DNA from: Lama guanicoe
Taxonomy: Eukaryota
Assembly: GCA_013239625.1 (NCBI GenBank)
Contig: MU054391.1
Coordinates: forward strand, 4,609,824-4,673,823
Reading direction: 5' to 3'
Length of the DNA: 64,000 nt
Numbering within the stretch: position 1 is the stretch's first letter; every line of letters begins with the position of its first letter. Position numbers and translations under genes: made by a program. Shown here in pieces: positions 13,076-25,660 of the stretch. The notes under the pieces are model-generated. The model saw only the letters and a program-made list of their open reading frames with translations, was not told where the DNA came from and did no database searches.

Positions 13076-13544
13076 CCTCCGAAGGACTGTTGAAGGGATC
13101 AAAATGTAATGACAATAAAAATAATTTCAGACATTTGAGAGCACTTCCCAAGTGCCTTTACTGTAACTGTCAGGCATCCAAACATATTTGTTAAATTTTT
13201 GAAACTGTGATAGCCAGCTCTGCGGGCTCTCCTGGATCAAGGAGAGGATGCCAGAGACTCAGCCAGCCCAGACACGTTTCTCTCCTCTTCCTTCTCCTCT
13301 GTACCCTGCTCATCTCTGCAACATCTTTTTCTCACAAGGTCCCTTTATACTTCGACTGCCTTCAAACCTTCAGCCACACACAGAGACCTGAGGGAATCCC
13401 CTCTCAAAGGTTCATCCCAAGCCACTTGGAGTTGCCCTTGGAAGGGCTCCTTCAGAGTCATTTCAAAGAGCACTTAAAAGATAAACCAGGAAAACATCTT
13501 CAAAGGATGGGATCCTTTGGTTGCCTGTGAAGTTGTTCTTCCTG

Positions 13545-13670
13545 ACAAGGCTGTCAGCATTTTTACCTCGATGATCACGCTGACCCCATGCCAATCCTGG
13601 GAGGCAGGTATGATCCTCTTGGTTTTGTTGATGGTGAAAAACTGAAGACAAAGAAGTTAAATGACCTGCC
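13545..13670 (-). mobile_element. MIR SINE
   Basis: aatcctgggaggcaggtatgatcctcttggttttgttgatggtgaaaaactgaagacaaagaagttaaatgacctgcc is the antisense MIR core. Confidence 0.7.
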
Positions 13671-15709
13671 AGCACTCAACAAAGGCCTTTTGTAAACTGA
13701 GAGCAAGCTCATCAGGCAGAATCATCCGGGCACAGACACAGCCCTCCACGGAGGGGCACAGTAGACCCTGGGACCTTGGCTGGTGGCTGTGGCCCAGAGG
13801 TGAAAACAACAAAGCGCATCTGTTTGAAAAACCACAGCAGAGAGCAGGGGGAGCCCTCGGGAGCTCTAGCGCCAAGTGGGCTGCAGAATCTGTAAGAAAA
13901 AACCAAGAGCAACACCTGGGCAATGCTGGACTGTCCTCCAGCTCTGTGTTCTGGGAACTCCACGCGTGGCAGAAAACAATGGAGGCTGGGAACCTTCGTC
14001 AGGTTCCTCTGACCTTTCTTGGCTCCAGTCTAGAAAGCGCACTTTTAACAGAACAGTCCCCTGTGAGCAAACGCTCCTTCCTTACCTTCACAGAGACCTG
14101 CCCAGCTCGCTGCGGCCTGGGAAATGCTCCAGGGGCGTGAAATGCACGTGGGACCCACCTTTCGTCCATCTCCCCAGACCTCGCTAGTCCGCAGCGCTAA
14201 CCAGCAATGCCATGCCTTCTCACGCCCGCACCCAGACTCTCTCCAGCTAGGGCTCCTCCAAGAAGCCTCTGCTGATCACGCCTGCCCACACTCCACTCCC
14301 TCAGTTCTAAACCCACTCATTCAATGGTTACGTGTTTATTGAGGTCCCTCCATCTGGAAGGCAGGGTGATGGGAGGTATAGGCAGGGACCCTCTTATTAA
14401 TGTCCTTCCTAAAGCCTTCTTGCCTGGTATTTGACATTCATCCCTGCTTTTCAATTGTGTGCCAAATGCCTGCATATGAATAATAGATCATCCTTCTTCT
14501 GAAAGCCTAGTGTGCTTGACTGCCAGACAGAGAAGCTGTGGTCGCAATGATCAAGGGGGACATGGGGTCAGGATCAGCGTCGCCCCCATGGTGGACTGCC
14601 CCACGGGGACCACACAGCATCCTCTCCACGAGGGCCTGCACCTGGCCAGAGACGCTTCCACTGCTGCCTGGTTCCTGACAGACTGTCAGAGGCACCTGCA
14701 CATCACCAGGGGTTGATCAACTCGTCAGCTAAGCACGGTAATAGAATTCAGCCACTCACTGGACTGACTTGGTGGCCCATAGGCACCCTCCTTTCTCTTT
14801 CTTCTAGAAGGATGTGATGGAGGCAACTGATATCCTCCAGTAACAAAGTAATCGGAAGTCCTTATTACTGGCTTTTGTTTTCCAAACGTAAACTTGCAAT
14901 TCTGCAGTCCCTTATGTGCATATTAACACACATTTCCTCCGTGACTTTGCACAGCAAGGATCTGCTGGGGAATACTATGCTTAATGTTACAGCCCAGGAA
15001 ACCGGCCCCCCGAGGGTGAGGGACCAATCCAAGATCACACAGCCCGAGGGCTGAGGTCTCAGGCCCGTGTGACTATCTTTCCTTGAAGAGACCGAGAATG
15101 TTGACTTCTCCCGAGTATGTGAAGCTGCCATTTTATCTCAGATTCCTTTCCCAAGAACTGTAGGATTTGGCAGAGGCTGCTTAAAATAATGTTTATCATT
15201 TCACTAGAGGAGGCTGGGGTTAAGAAGAGCCTCCAGGACGAGCAGCAGGACAGATACTCCATGTCCCATCCTACTTTTCCTGTGACTTTGAGAAAGGTAC
15301 TGAAGACCACTGACTGAGTGGAATCAGAAGGTGTTCGCTGAGCAGACCCCCTCGTGCTGGTGCAGTGTCAGTAAGACAGTGTTTGAGGACAATTCAGTTG
15401 GGAAGTAGGGGCCAGCAGGGGAGGAGGAAGGCAGATGGGTGGAAGAAAGAGATGAGCTGGACTGGCCTTACCACTGCCCCCTCTTAACTTTCTTATCTAT
15501 TATTTCACCAGACTAGGCTACTGGCCATCCCTTCCCCCCAGCAGGCAAGCACACCACACCTCTCTCAAGCATGTTCCATATTCTCCAACAGCTGTGCCTT
15601 TTGCAGGCACCGTTCCTTCTATTTGGAATGTCTGTGACCGCCCCTTTCCCGTCTACATCCTGCCCGCCCTGAGTGGCCAGCTCCAGGTGCCCAAGACCAC
15701 ACATCTCAG

Positions 15710-15995
15710 GAATCCTTCCCGATTACCCACAGCTCAGTGTGATCTTTCCTTTCTTTATGAAAACCCCATAGGGTTATTTATATCTCCTCCTGGCATTTAT
15801 GTTCAGTCTAGTCTTTCTGTGAAAGAGTCCTCCACCTTCCCCCTTCCCCCCACACACACACATGCACACGCACACACACAGAGAAATCTGTGAATTCCAA
15901 GATGTCAGTGACCATATTTCCTACTTAATAGAGAATGCCCTCAGCCCTTGACATAGTTCTCACACACAGTTAATGTCCACCTAATGTTAGTTGCA
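15710..15995 (+). mobile_element. L2 LINE 3' end (decayed), containing a short (CA)n
   Basis: ctgtgaattccaagatgtcagtgaccatatttc...cctcagcccttgacatagttctcacacacagttaatgtccacctaatgttagttg resembles the L2 3' terminus. A CA-rich run lies at 15851-15880. Confidence 0.5.
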
Positions 15996-16014
15996 CTTCC
16001 CTTGTTGGTAAGGG

Positions 16015-16340
16015 ACATAGCAGGCAATTCTTCCCCCAGAGCAGGGAACTCAGACTGAGCACCACAGTTAGTGTGTGTGGTGATGGCCAAGCACACCGCA
16101 TCCATGTTCACGCCTCCTTCCCAGGTCAACCTGTATCCGACATCTGATCAACGCCAGGCCCGGCCAGTGGCTGACGTCCTTGAAGGGCCAGCCCAGCTCC
16201 ACCACCCTCCAGGGGCTCAGTCGAACCTTCTCTGGACCTGCATCCAAGTCCACTTCTCCCTCTGCCTCATCTTGCTTTTGTCCCCTTCTTTCCATGCATG
16301 TTACTCTCATGAGGCCTTGCGAATCAGTGTCCTGCAAAAA
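16015..16340 (+). mobile_element. LTR16-family (ERV-L) solo LTR
   Basis: aggcccggcc...tgaagggccagcccagctcca...ctgcatccaagtccacttctccctctgcctcatcttgcttt matches recalled LTR16 motifs (gaagggccatcccagctccagagc; caacttctccctctgcccaatcctgctt). Confidence 0.75.
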
Positions 16341-18444
16341 CGACATGGGACCAGGAGCAAGACACTCGAACAAGAAGACGGAGCTGGTATTGCTTTGCCA
16401 AGCACGGGTGGCCATGCTAACCCCTCCCGCCCCACGTGGACCACCCCATCCCCCTGGGTTTCCCTCCCTCCCTCTGGGCGCAGCACTGCTCTGGGAGGGA
16501 GCTCTGAGTCTATTCACGGTGCAGTGGGTGGTTATCTAGATGGCAGAAGGCAGAGTCGGCCAAAGGCTTCCCGCCCACGAATGCCTCCTGTGGACCTGAG
16601 CCCAGGGCTGATGCCGCCATTATAATCAGCTCTTGCAGAGCGTGGAGGGGTGGGCAGGATACACCCACACAGCACCATGAGACACACGCAGGAGAGGGGC
16701 CTTCGCCGAGATGACATGTTGAAAGGGCACTTCGGGGAGCACCCGGCTGGAGGAATGCCCAGATCTTCAACTTCTGTCCCTGCTACTATTCCGAGTTTGG
16801 GCAGTGCTGTTAATCACAGCAGCGCACAGGCAGTGGCCGCCCAGGGGTGATCATTACTGGTTCCATTTTTAGCATACTGAGAGGTGGGCATGGACTGGCT
16901 CAGGGGGCGCCACCAAGTGGGATCCAAGCCTCCTCAGTCTTTGGGTTTCCAGCCCATCACCCATCGCTTTGGCCGGTCTTGTTGCTTCGAGCCAGAACTG
17001 AGGCCCTCCCAGGCTGGCCCTGGTTAGCGCTGTGCCCACTCCTAGGCTGGCAGGTGTTCACAGAGCATGAGCTTCAGGGTCCCGAGCAGCGACTCCTGCT
17101 TCCCTGTAAAGGACGGGGCTACCATAGCAAGGTGTTCCAATTGTCTCTTCAGGTCTAAGGTTTTATAGACGGACAGACCCGGGTCTGATCCCACCCACCC
17201 TCTACCCCCACCAACTCTTCTTCATTAGAAAAATAAATTACAGAGATTGAGGAGATGGATGGATATTTAAGAAGCCCAGGCTGGTCTAGGGTCCAGCCAC
17301 CTCCCTGACCTCTGACGCAGCATCTTAAGTTGTACTGCCACTTGTCCGAAAATGTGAAGCCCAGAGCTCTGTCAAAATCCTGGATCAGGCTTTATTTTCC
17401 AAGTAACTGTTCAGATATATGATTTATTCAAAGTCAGAGTTTAAGCGTTCGTCTCATGCAGTCTAGGAAGTCAGGAGGATGATTTATTTTGCCCCAGGTC
17501 ATCCAGTTTGCTACAACGATCATTCTCCCCCACAAATTTTGCCCTTTTCTTTTACTTAATTGACTTTGGCAATTGGCACGCAACCTTTGAAAAATTTACT
17601 GAAATGTTAACCTTGAAAAAAATTATCTGATGAATTTAACCTAAGGGCCAACCATGCTCCCTATGGACCTGTTACGACACTGGAGGTTCACAATGGATGC
17701 CTGAGAATGAGCAAGCACAGCACAGTATTTACCAGCTAAGCAAGTCTCATCTAATATATAGAGAATGTTTATCCAGAAACGCACCTGTGTCTTGTGACCA
17801 CCAAAGCTTGAAACTCCTTATAACTAATGAGTAAATATAAGGAAAAACCATCGAATTTGTAAGCTACCGACAGTCGCAAGCCAAGAACATGATTCCATCC
17901 TTCAGAAACACAGAACAAAGCAAGAATCCAAGACCACTCTGCCTTTGCTCTCTACAGGAAAGAAAACTATAACCGGAATATGACGCTGTCAGCAGTTGAC
18001 TTCAGGTGCCATCTGCAGAGATTTCTGGCGCTATTAATTTGCAATTAACAAGGGCCGTATGTTTCATCCACTGCAACTCGCTGTCTTGAAGTCTGAGGGA
18101 GGGGGTTTAGAGGAAGGGATCACGCAGGTGGGTGGTGAGCCTTCTCAGAAACCAATAATTCTGCTTTTCAGTCCTGAATCACTGATATGTAAGCTGCTTT
18201 CTCAAACTAATAAAAGGTCATTGCTGAAGAGAAATGGAAAATTTCCATTATGTCAGCATGTGAAGCAACTCCTCCATCGTGTGGCGGTACCTTACAGAGG
18301 TGAGCATGGTGCCACGCAGCAGGCTGGCAACCTTTATTTACATAAGACATGGTCCATTTTGAAAGTCCAATGTGGTGAGCAAACTCCTAGACTCTTAAAA
18401 TGAGCAGAGGGGAGCAAAATCTTCTGCAAGTACCAGGGCTTTAG

Positions 18445-18650
18445 AATAGAGCAAAGAGAAAGAGTTCTAGATTTGGTCAGTCCTGGCTTCTGATCTGGGG
18501 CAGGTCAGTCACAGCTGTGTGACCAAAGGCAAGCTACTTAACCTCTCTGAGCCTTAATTTTCTTATTCATGAAATATTTTTTAAAAATTCACTGTAAGGA
18601 TGAAATGAGATAATTGTGACGTGTCTGGCACAAAAGGTGAACCATAAATA
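18445..18650 (+). mobile_element. MIR SINE
   Basis: cagctgtgtgaccaaaggcaagctacttaacctctctgagccttaattttcttattc...tgtaaggatgaaatgagataat. Confidence 0.85.
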
Positions 18651-18936
18651 TGGGTACTTTGCCAGATCCTTATTTGTTTGGCTGAAAGTATATTTATAGA
18701 TTAAAAAAGTATTTCAGCCAGTTATCCACTTTAAGGTGGATAAGCTATCCACTTTATCTTTTTACCAAGCAGTCACTTTTTGGGAAGAAAAATAATGCTA
18801 TTTATGCCCAATTTACTGAAAAAGAAGTAAAAGTCCACAGTTTTCTCACCCTGCAACACGCTGCCCATGGAAAATCTTGGTTGGTCAGAAATGGAGACTG
18901 ACTTTCCTTGGCCAGCTCTCTGGGACACATTATTTT

Positions 18937-19102
18937 ATTTTATTTTTGATATTTTATTTATTTAGATTTTTTCTGTTTGTTTGTTTAGGAGATGTGATTA
19001 GGTTTATTTATTTTCTTATTTATTTAATGGAGGTTCTGGAGATTGAACCCAGGACCTTGTGCCTGCTAAGCCTGTGCTCTGCCACTGAGCTATACGCTCC
19101 CC
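18937..19102 (-). mobile_element. Camelid tRNA-derived SINE (Vic-1 type) with TSD
   Basis: The minus strand reads ggggagcgtatagctcagtggcagagc...ggtcctgggttcaatctccag (A and B boxes), then an A-rich tail containing aaacctaat. Flanking direct repeat: acacattatttt (18925-18936) and acaaattatttt (19104-19115), 11/12 identical. Confidence 0.9.
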
Positions 19103-20446
19103 AACAAATTATTTTGGAATCAAAAAGGCAGAGGTAATTCCCATGCCCCAAGGACATTGATCGGAAAGGCTCATTGACCGATGTCCTCAAAGGGAAAATG
19201 CAATGTTGGGGCGAAAAAAAATGCGGTGGTGAATGCAGATGATGGATGATATAAAAGCAGCAAGTAGGTTGAAAGAAACCGATCTTTACTCGTTTGACAT
19301 TTGGTAACACAGGGAGCAACAAACACCTGCTAGAGGTGACCAAATGCTAACGTCAAGCCAAACATTCTGCAACCGTGAGCTGGAAAATCACAGCCTCTTC
19401 TAGGGCAGCAACCAGAGTTACTTAATAAAGTCAAAATAAATACGAATAGTGACAAAAAGCACAGATACTAGTCACACATCCCTTCCCTGCCTTGCAGCCA
19501 CGTCAACAGGTAAGCAGAAGCTCTGAAGCTTTCAATGAAAAGTCCCTGACATTCGGGAAAACATAACTTCCCCCAGAGCTGGTAAAGAAACGCAGGTGCT
19601 TCTGCATCATCCAGAAACTTACAGAAAGAGCATTTCTTGGTCCCTGGAGGCCAGGACGTAACTGCCTTGAACACCCACTCCCGGGCCAAGACTTAGGGAC
19701 ATGACTCATCGGGAGTGAACAAGGCAATTTTCTGTGGGGAAGACGTGTCTCCACCCTAGACGTTAGCCAAGTTCTGCTTAATTAAGTAAAGTTCTGTGAG
19801 ACTGAACACGTACTAGCAAATGCTTTCATTTCTCCTTTTAAAACTGTGGGAAAAAATTAATGACGGACAAGGGGGAGAGACCGTGCCCTTGCACAATTGC
19901 TGGGCTGGAAGGCAGTTGGTGAATTTCAATGATTTGCACAAAGATAATTGACGAGGAAGTTACTGTTAACTTTATGCCAGGATTCCACACTTCACAAAAA
20001 GGTCAGTTCAATTCAAGACGGGTTCATTGATCATCTACCATGTATAAGAAGATTCTAAAAAGAAAAAGGTGTTTGGGGCTGGCAGGTGGGAGGGTAGGAA
20101 GCTGTCATAAAAGAAAATGGACAAAAATGTCAATGAAAACATTTCTTCCCTGACAAACTTTCAGTTTTACATGAGAATCTGCCTTGGCAACCATTACACA
20201 AAGTGGAATAAATGTGAGCTGAGGGAAGGTTTAAGACACTTTCTATAGACAGGTAGGGGAAGAAACGATGACTTCTCACTGGGAAAAAATCGGAGTGGCT
20301 TTGCAGAGACTGGTTTGTAAACAATGGCCCTGACAACAGTTCCATGAATTGTAGGCTTACTAGCTCGTGATTGAAAATATACAATTTGCGTACGGCTTTT
20401 ACAGACACAACTTAACTGCCTAAAATGACGTGTAGGTTTACCAGAA

Positions 20447-20930
20447 GTTATAGATTTTGAATTATGTTCCTCAAAAAGATAATGTGGGAGTCCTAACTCC
20501 CAGTGCCTCCGAATGTGACCCCTTGTTTAGAAATAGGATCTTTACACATGTTTTCCAGTTAAACTGAGGTCCTTAAGGTGAGCCCCCAATCAATATGACT
20601 CTGTCTTTATAAAAAGGGGAAATCTGGACAGGGACAGAAGTGCACAGAGGGAACACGAGGTGAAAAGGTACAGGGAGAAGGCCATGTGAAGAGGAAGGCA
20701 GAGCTGGGGATGATGCCTCTGTGAGCCAAGGAAACCAGAGACTGCAGGCAAACCACAGACGCCTGGGCAGAGGCCTGGGCCGGATTCTCCCGCACATCCT
20801 TCAGAAGGAACCAACGCTGTCAGCACGTTGATCTGACTTCCAGCCTCCAGAACTGAGAGGGAGTCTATTTTTGTCATTTAGGCCACCCAGTCTATGGTAC
20901 TTTATTATGGAAACTCTAATTCACCAACAC
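20447..20930 (+). mobile_element. MLT1C-like MaLR solo LTR, near full length
   Basis: Runs from gaattatgttcctcaaaaagata..gtcctaactcccagtgcctccgaatgtgacc to gacttccagcctccagaactg...gccacccagtctatggtactttattatgg, the canonical MLT1 start and end. Confidence 0.9.
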
Positions 20931-21086
20931 ACCAGTTTTGCCACTTTGAAAGACGGTTCTCTTAGGGCCTAGGGTCTAGACTATGTTCTCCAAAGATGGA
21001 CACGAAGATTCAATGAGATTCAGGAAGAAACTCCTAGGACGTCTATGCATCTCATTAGTTTGACTTCTATTTTGGCATCTATTTTA

Positions 21087-21265
21087 TTTTACTTACTTTT
21101 TTATTGATGTATAGTCAGTTTACAATATTATGTCAGTTTCTGGTGTACAGCATCATGTTTCAGTCATAATGCACATACATATATTCGTTTTCATATTCTT
21201 TTTCATTATAGGTTACTACAAGATATTGAATATAGTTTTCTGTGCTGTACAGTGTGAACTTATTG
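21087..21265 (-). mobile_element. 5'-truncated cetartiodactyl/camelid L1 3' end with TSD
   Basis: ttttattgatgtatagtcagtttacaat...ggtgtacagcat...ccattatagg-type motif (ttcattataggttactacaagatattgaatatag). Flanked by tggcatctatttta (21073-21086) and tggcaccaatttta (21266-21279), 12/14 identical. Confidence 0.9.
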
Positions 21266-21894
21266 TGGCACCAATTTTAAAAGCATGATGTAGTAACACA
21301 ATGATATAGTTCATAAATAAACAATTATACACATAGAGGATCCTTTGTTCAAAAATAATCTTCTAATAGTGAAACACAATTTTAAAAATATACAGCTGTT
21401 AAAAGTGATACAAATCTGGATAATCATAGAAAGAAAATGAAATCTCTGATTGCCTAACTTTCTCCTGAGTGAAATACAATCACAGATGGCAGAGTGACGT
21501 GGCTTCATTTCCCATGAAAGGGTAGTGGTGATGGTGCATTGACAGCAGTCATCAGAAGACTCACCTGCATGGCAGGTTATGGTTTCTGGGTGTTTCCCTC
21601 TGACTAAAGGAAGATAAGGATTATCTCTTGCCAAGGATTTTCTTTTCTCATCTAAAGGTAAGGAGTACGGTGCTGTAGACACACATGGCATCGTTTTAAG
21701 AACCACATTTTCCCATTTCTGCCCCCATGCCTCCCAAACAGCCAGCATCCAGCAGACACTGAACTGGGGGCCTTTGGTTGCCTAAAAGCCTGATTTTTAC
21801 CTACCTTTCCTTTCTTTGGGCTGGTCTTACTGCCTGTTTAGAAGGACCACTTTCCACCACCCACCTGTCTGGATTCAGACCCTAATTACATCAA

Positions 21895-22130
21895 GTGGAG
21901 GCCACATCTCCTGACAGGTTTTCCATGAACCTCTCTGAACCTACCGTCTGGGACCAAAAATGTGGCGTTTAATGATGTCCTGGGTGAACTATTACTGACT
22001 GTGTCATGTGACTCTAGCCCACTTCAGCTAGGTCACAGCTGTGTTCCTTGAGGTCACGGCCAATGCTTTATACTTTGTGGAGCCCCAAAGTGCTCGGCCC
22101 TGTGCCGAGCCAAGGTGATCACCTCATTAA
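21895..22130 (+). mobile_element. L2 LINE 3' end (decayed)
   Basis: ccacatctcctgacaggttttccatgaacc...gttccttgaggtcacggccaatgctttatactttgtggagccccaaagtgctcggccctgtgcc. Confidence 0.5.
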
Positions 22131-22179
22131 TCAAGGTGAGAACCCGTGGGAACACCAGACCATTTCTCTTCTGGTGAGG

Positions 22180-22385
22180 AAGAGACTCAGAGTTTGATGT
22201 CAGATTGAGCTGGATTCCAATTCTGAGTCTGACACTTAACTAATTTCTGAGCCTCAGTTTTCTTACCTGAGTGATGGGTGTAACAGCATCACATCCTTCC
22301 GTCCATGAGTCCCCTCAGTTAATGAGTTGATGCACGCCAGCCTGCCTGCTCCCCAGCAGCTGCTCAACCAGTGTCCAATACATAT
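22180..22385 (+). mobile_element. MIR SINE
   Basis: gtcagattgagctggattccaattctgagtctgacacttaact...tctgagcctcagttttcttacctg. Confidence 0.7.
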
Positions 22386-24619
22386 TTTTGACTCCATCTC
22401 CAATTCTGTTACTTGTTCTCATCCAGTCAAGCCAGTGTTCCCTTCCTGTTAGTCAATGTTCATTTTCTAAGCACGTCAGTATTTAGAACACTCTGGGATG
22501 ATATTATAGAAGAACATCCTTTTTTAAAAAAAGGAATCAGTGCTTGAATGTTCCCGTGTTCCCTCTCATGGCTCCTTTCCAATTTAATGATGACATTGAT
22601 GACAGAAACAAAAGACGTATGCAACGCCCATCATGATGAGAGCATCCTTCTCCATTATGCCTGCAGATTATTGAGGGAGAGTTAGCTTGGATCTTATTGG
22701 ATCTTCAGAGATGACTGGATTCAATGTCTCCTTAGAGCCTTTCAATATAGGACAGTACATAAGTCAGTAATACAAGGAAGATCAAATGCACACGATTTAT
22801 CCAAGTCAATGCCAGGGCCAGGCAATGATAGTGGGCAGAGCAGGAGACAGAAGGGAAGAGGTGGGTGCTCGGGCCCTGGCCACCGAGAAGTCGAGACAAA
22901 ATTAACATCTGAGTCTTCACTTTCCTGGAGCCATCAGTCTCCTCATTGTAAGTAGCGGGGCTACAGACTCGCTGAGAAAATTAGTGAAAGGTCTAAGTTC
23001 TTGTGTGCTTTTCCTGGTTCATACATGATTCTCTGGATGTGGATGTTAGGCCCGTGGTTCAGTTACAGGCAGGCTGAGCTGTGCTTCCAGAAGCTGCCCT
23101 GTGCAACAGTGGCCATGCTCCTAGTTTCCCCGCTCAGACGGTTTCCCCCCGTATCATGCACGTCCTGGGGAGCGTGACTGCGTGTGCAGGGGGTGGAGGG
23201 CCTGTCTTCATTTTCAGATCATTATGGCAATATAATCGCTTCCTGCAAAGTCGTTGCGATCTGGAGTGTCTTAAAGGTCCCCTTAAAGAGGCTTGCCTTC
23301 ACAAATGTCCTGTGAGATGAACATAAGCGGAATCAAATTGTGTGTCTTCTTGACACTATTTAGGGCCAAATTGTTATTTCAGAATATAAGCAAACTTTGA
23401 ATTAACTCTGAAAGACATAAATGAAAAGTCTTAGATCAGACAACAACTGAACAGATAGTGAGAATCTACTATAAGCTAGATGCTAGGGAATCAAAAATAT
23501 GAAGTCAATAAAATTGCAAGATTGTTGTAAAGAGTGAAATGATAGACTTCAAGGTGCTCAGCACGGCATTCACATTAAGCAGTCCTCACCCCTGTTCCCG
23601 TCCTCCTCCCGGGAAGCAGATGGTGATACAACTCATCAATTCTTCCTCCACTGACACGTGTTCTTTCGTGGTGTGAACCTGGTGCCATGAGGAGACAGGA
23701 AGATATGGGGGCTACGGTGGGGGTGGCAAGAGACCTCAGATAGCTAGTGGAACATGATGGGGTTCAAGTAAGAAGAATTTAGAGCTGAGGACACGAATTA
23801 AGCCACCTGGAACTCCACTTTGTTCCCACTGTCACTTGTCCTTTGGGGCAGGGCTGTCTCTGCCCCTGTCTGAGCAGCATGCACATCTCCTACTGACTTG
23901 ACTACAAAGCCCGTGGAAGGCTGGGGGCTGGCTGGGGAGAAAGAATCCCCCATATCTCAGGGCTGTCGAGTCTCACAACATCCCAAGCATAGAGAGCAGC
24001 CAGCCTTCCAGCCCAGAAGCTGCATCCAGTTCAGGAGCAATCTGAACAACCGAGGAAACCCAGCCATAGTTCACATACCCTGGGGCAGCTCCGGGAAAGG
24101 GCTCCTGCCAGCCCCAGGGTCACTCTGGCTGTCACAACACCCTCCCACCTCCCCTTCTCCACCCCCAGCCTTCACCCCTTTACACTGTGAACGTCAATGG
24201 AAGAGAAAACATTTTTCCAGGGAAGATTGAAAACACCCCTCCTGCCTCTTGCCAGAGCATTTGCATTTTTGGAAGAGGTTCTTATTTCTTTTTAAGGCTC
24301 AGAGTGAGAAGCTTTTAGAAAAGCTAAAAATATCTGTTAAAGAAGAGAAGGCAAAAAAAAAGAAAATTCAAGCCTTCCCTTCTTTCTGGGTAAAAGGCTC
24401 AGCGACACACGGAGGCACAGACACAGCTCCCTCACGCTGGTCTCCCAAGGCACAGAGCAGGGGAGGGGTCCTCAGCGTCTGGGTCTTTCAGAAACAAAGG
24501 TACACAGAGAAAGAGATAAAAGAAACCTAAGAGCCCAGTGTGTAACCATAGTGGCTGAAAGCTGAAAATGGTCTGAAGAGGGAACCTTTTACAACGAAGG
24601 AGACTAAAATGCAGGCAGA

Positions 24620-25130
24620 TGGAACGGCCCGCTGGGAACCAGGGCACCGAGTCCCCGCAGCTGAGATGAGAACCGGCCGGAGCCCCTTGGCTGCCGGGGA
24701 GCCCCCGGACCTCACCCCGCCAGCACACCGCTTGGACCGACACCCCGAAAATGGCCCTTGGGACCTGGTGCATCCACTGCCGCACGGGGACGCCTGACTC
24801 TGGGATGGGCCGTCTCCTGCCGCTGCCCCGGCGGGTGGCCGTGACCCCGCAGTCTGGGGCCCGGCTTGCCGCGCTCACTGCAACGCCAGCCCGCTCCAAG
24901 GACGTTGCCACCGAGCACACGCGGTATCCGGAGGGGGGTCGCTGACTCACTCAGGAACAGAAGAATTTCATTCTCAACGGACCTTAGAGCTAGGTGGCCA
25001 TGCCCTCCATTCCAGGGAAAGGAAACAGACCTCCGAGGGGCCGCGATTCCGCCAGCGGGACCAAGGTCAGCGCAGGGCAGGAGAACCCGGCCTTCCGGGC
25101 CAGGCCCCATGCCCCCGGTCTCTGCTGCAC
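24620..25130. promoter_or_regulatory. CpG-island-like GC-rich patch built on L2/MIR relics
   Basis: Dense CpG over about 500 bp. 24855-24950 aligns loosely to an L2 3' end and 24965-25100 to an antisense MIR. Confidence 0.45.
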
Positions 25131-25474
25131 GTTCTCTTTGTTTTTCCCCATTTACAGTCAGCACCACTGACTGAGGTCCGACTGGGCATCAAGCCCACTT
25201 CCCGGCACTGAAGATGCAGCACGGAGCAAGAAGGACCAGATTCCTACCCGGGGCTGTTACTTCCCGCTGGCCCCACGTGGCCCAGACCTTCCATTCGCCC
25301 CATTTCACAGATGAAGAGTGAGGGCCTCTGAGAAATTACCTAACGGGCAGATGTTACTTTGGTATTTCCTATTTTATGTTAAAAAATTAAAAACAAAAAA
25401 GTGCTGAAAAGGAGTTTTTTCAGGAATGGGATTTCACACCTGCGTGTCTGCTGGAGTCCTACATCTCCGGTATA

Positions 25475-25660
25475 AGGTGGTCAGGCTTCCTAAAAAACAG
25501 CGCAGGACGCCAGTTACATTTGAATTTCAGATAAGAACAAATAGTTTTTAACATAAGTATGTCTCAACTATTGCATGGGACACATTTCTGCTGAAACATT
25601 ACTCACTGTTTGTCTGAAATTCAGGCTGACCTGACCTTCTGCATTTTATCTGGCCACCCT
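25475..25660. mobile_element. MER53 palindromic MITE (hAT)
   Basis: caggacgccagttacatttgaatttcagataagaacaaatagttttt..ataagtatgtctcaactattgcatgggacac...tgtttgtctgaaattcag...tgcattttatctggccaccct. The two halves are imperfect reverse complements and match the recalled MER53 consensus. Confidence 0.9.

Noticed and set aside
16071..16625. Longest ORF (184 aa) as a novel gene
   Set aside because: It starts at GTG, runs through an LTR16 relic and has no recognisable domain.
19151..19187. Hairpin aggacattgatc...gaccgatgtcct as a pre-miRNA
   Set aside because: The stem is only about 12 bp with a mismatch, too short for Drosha/Dicer processing.
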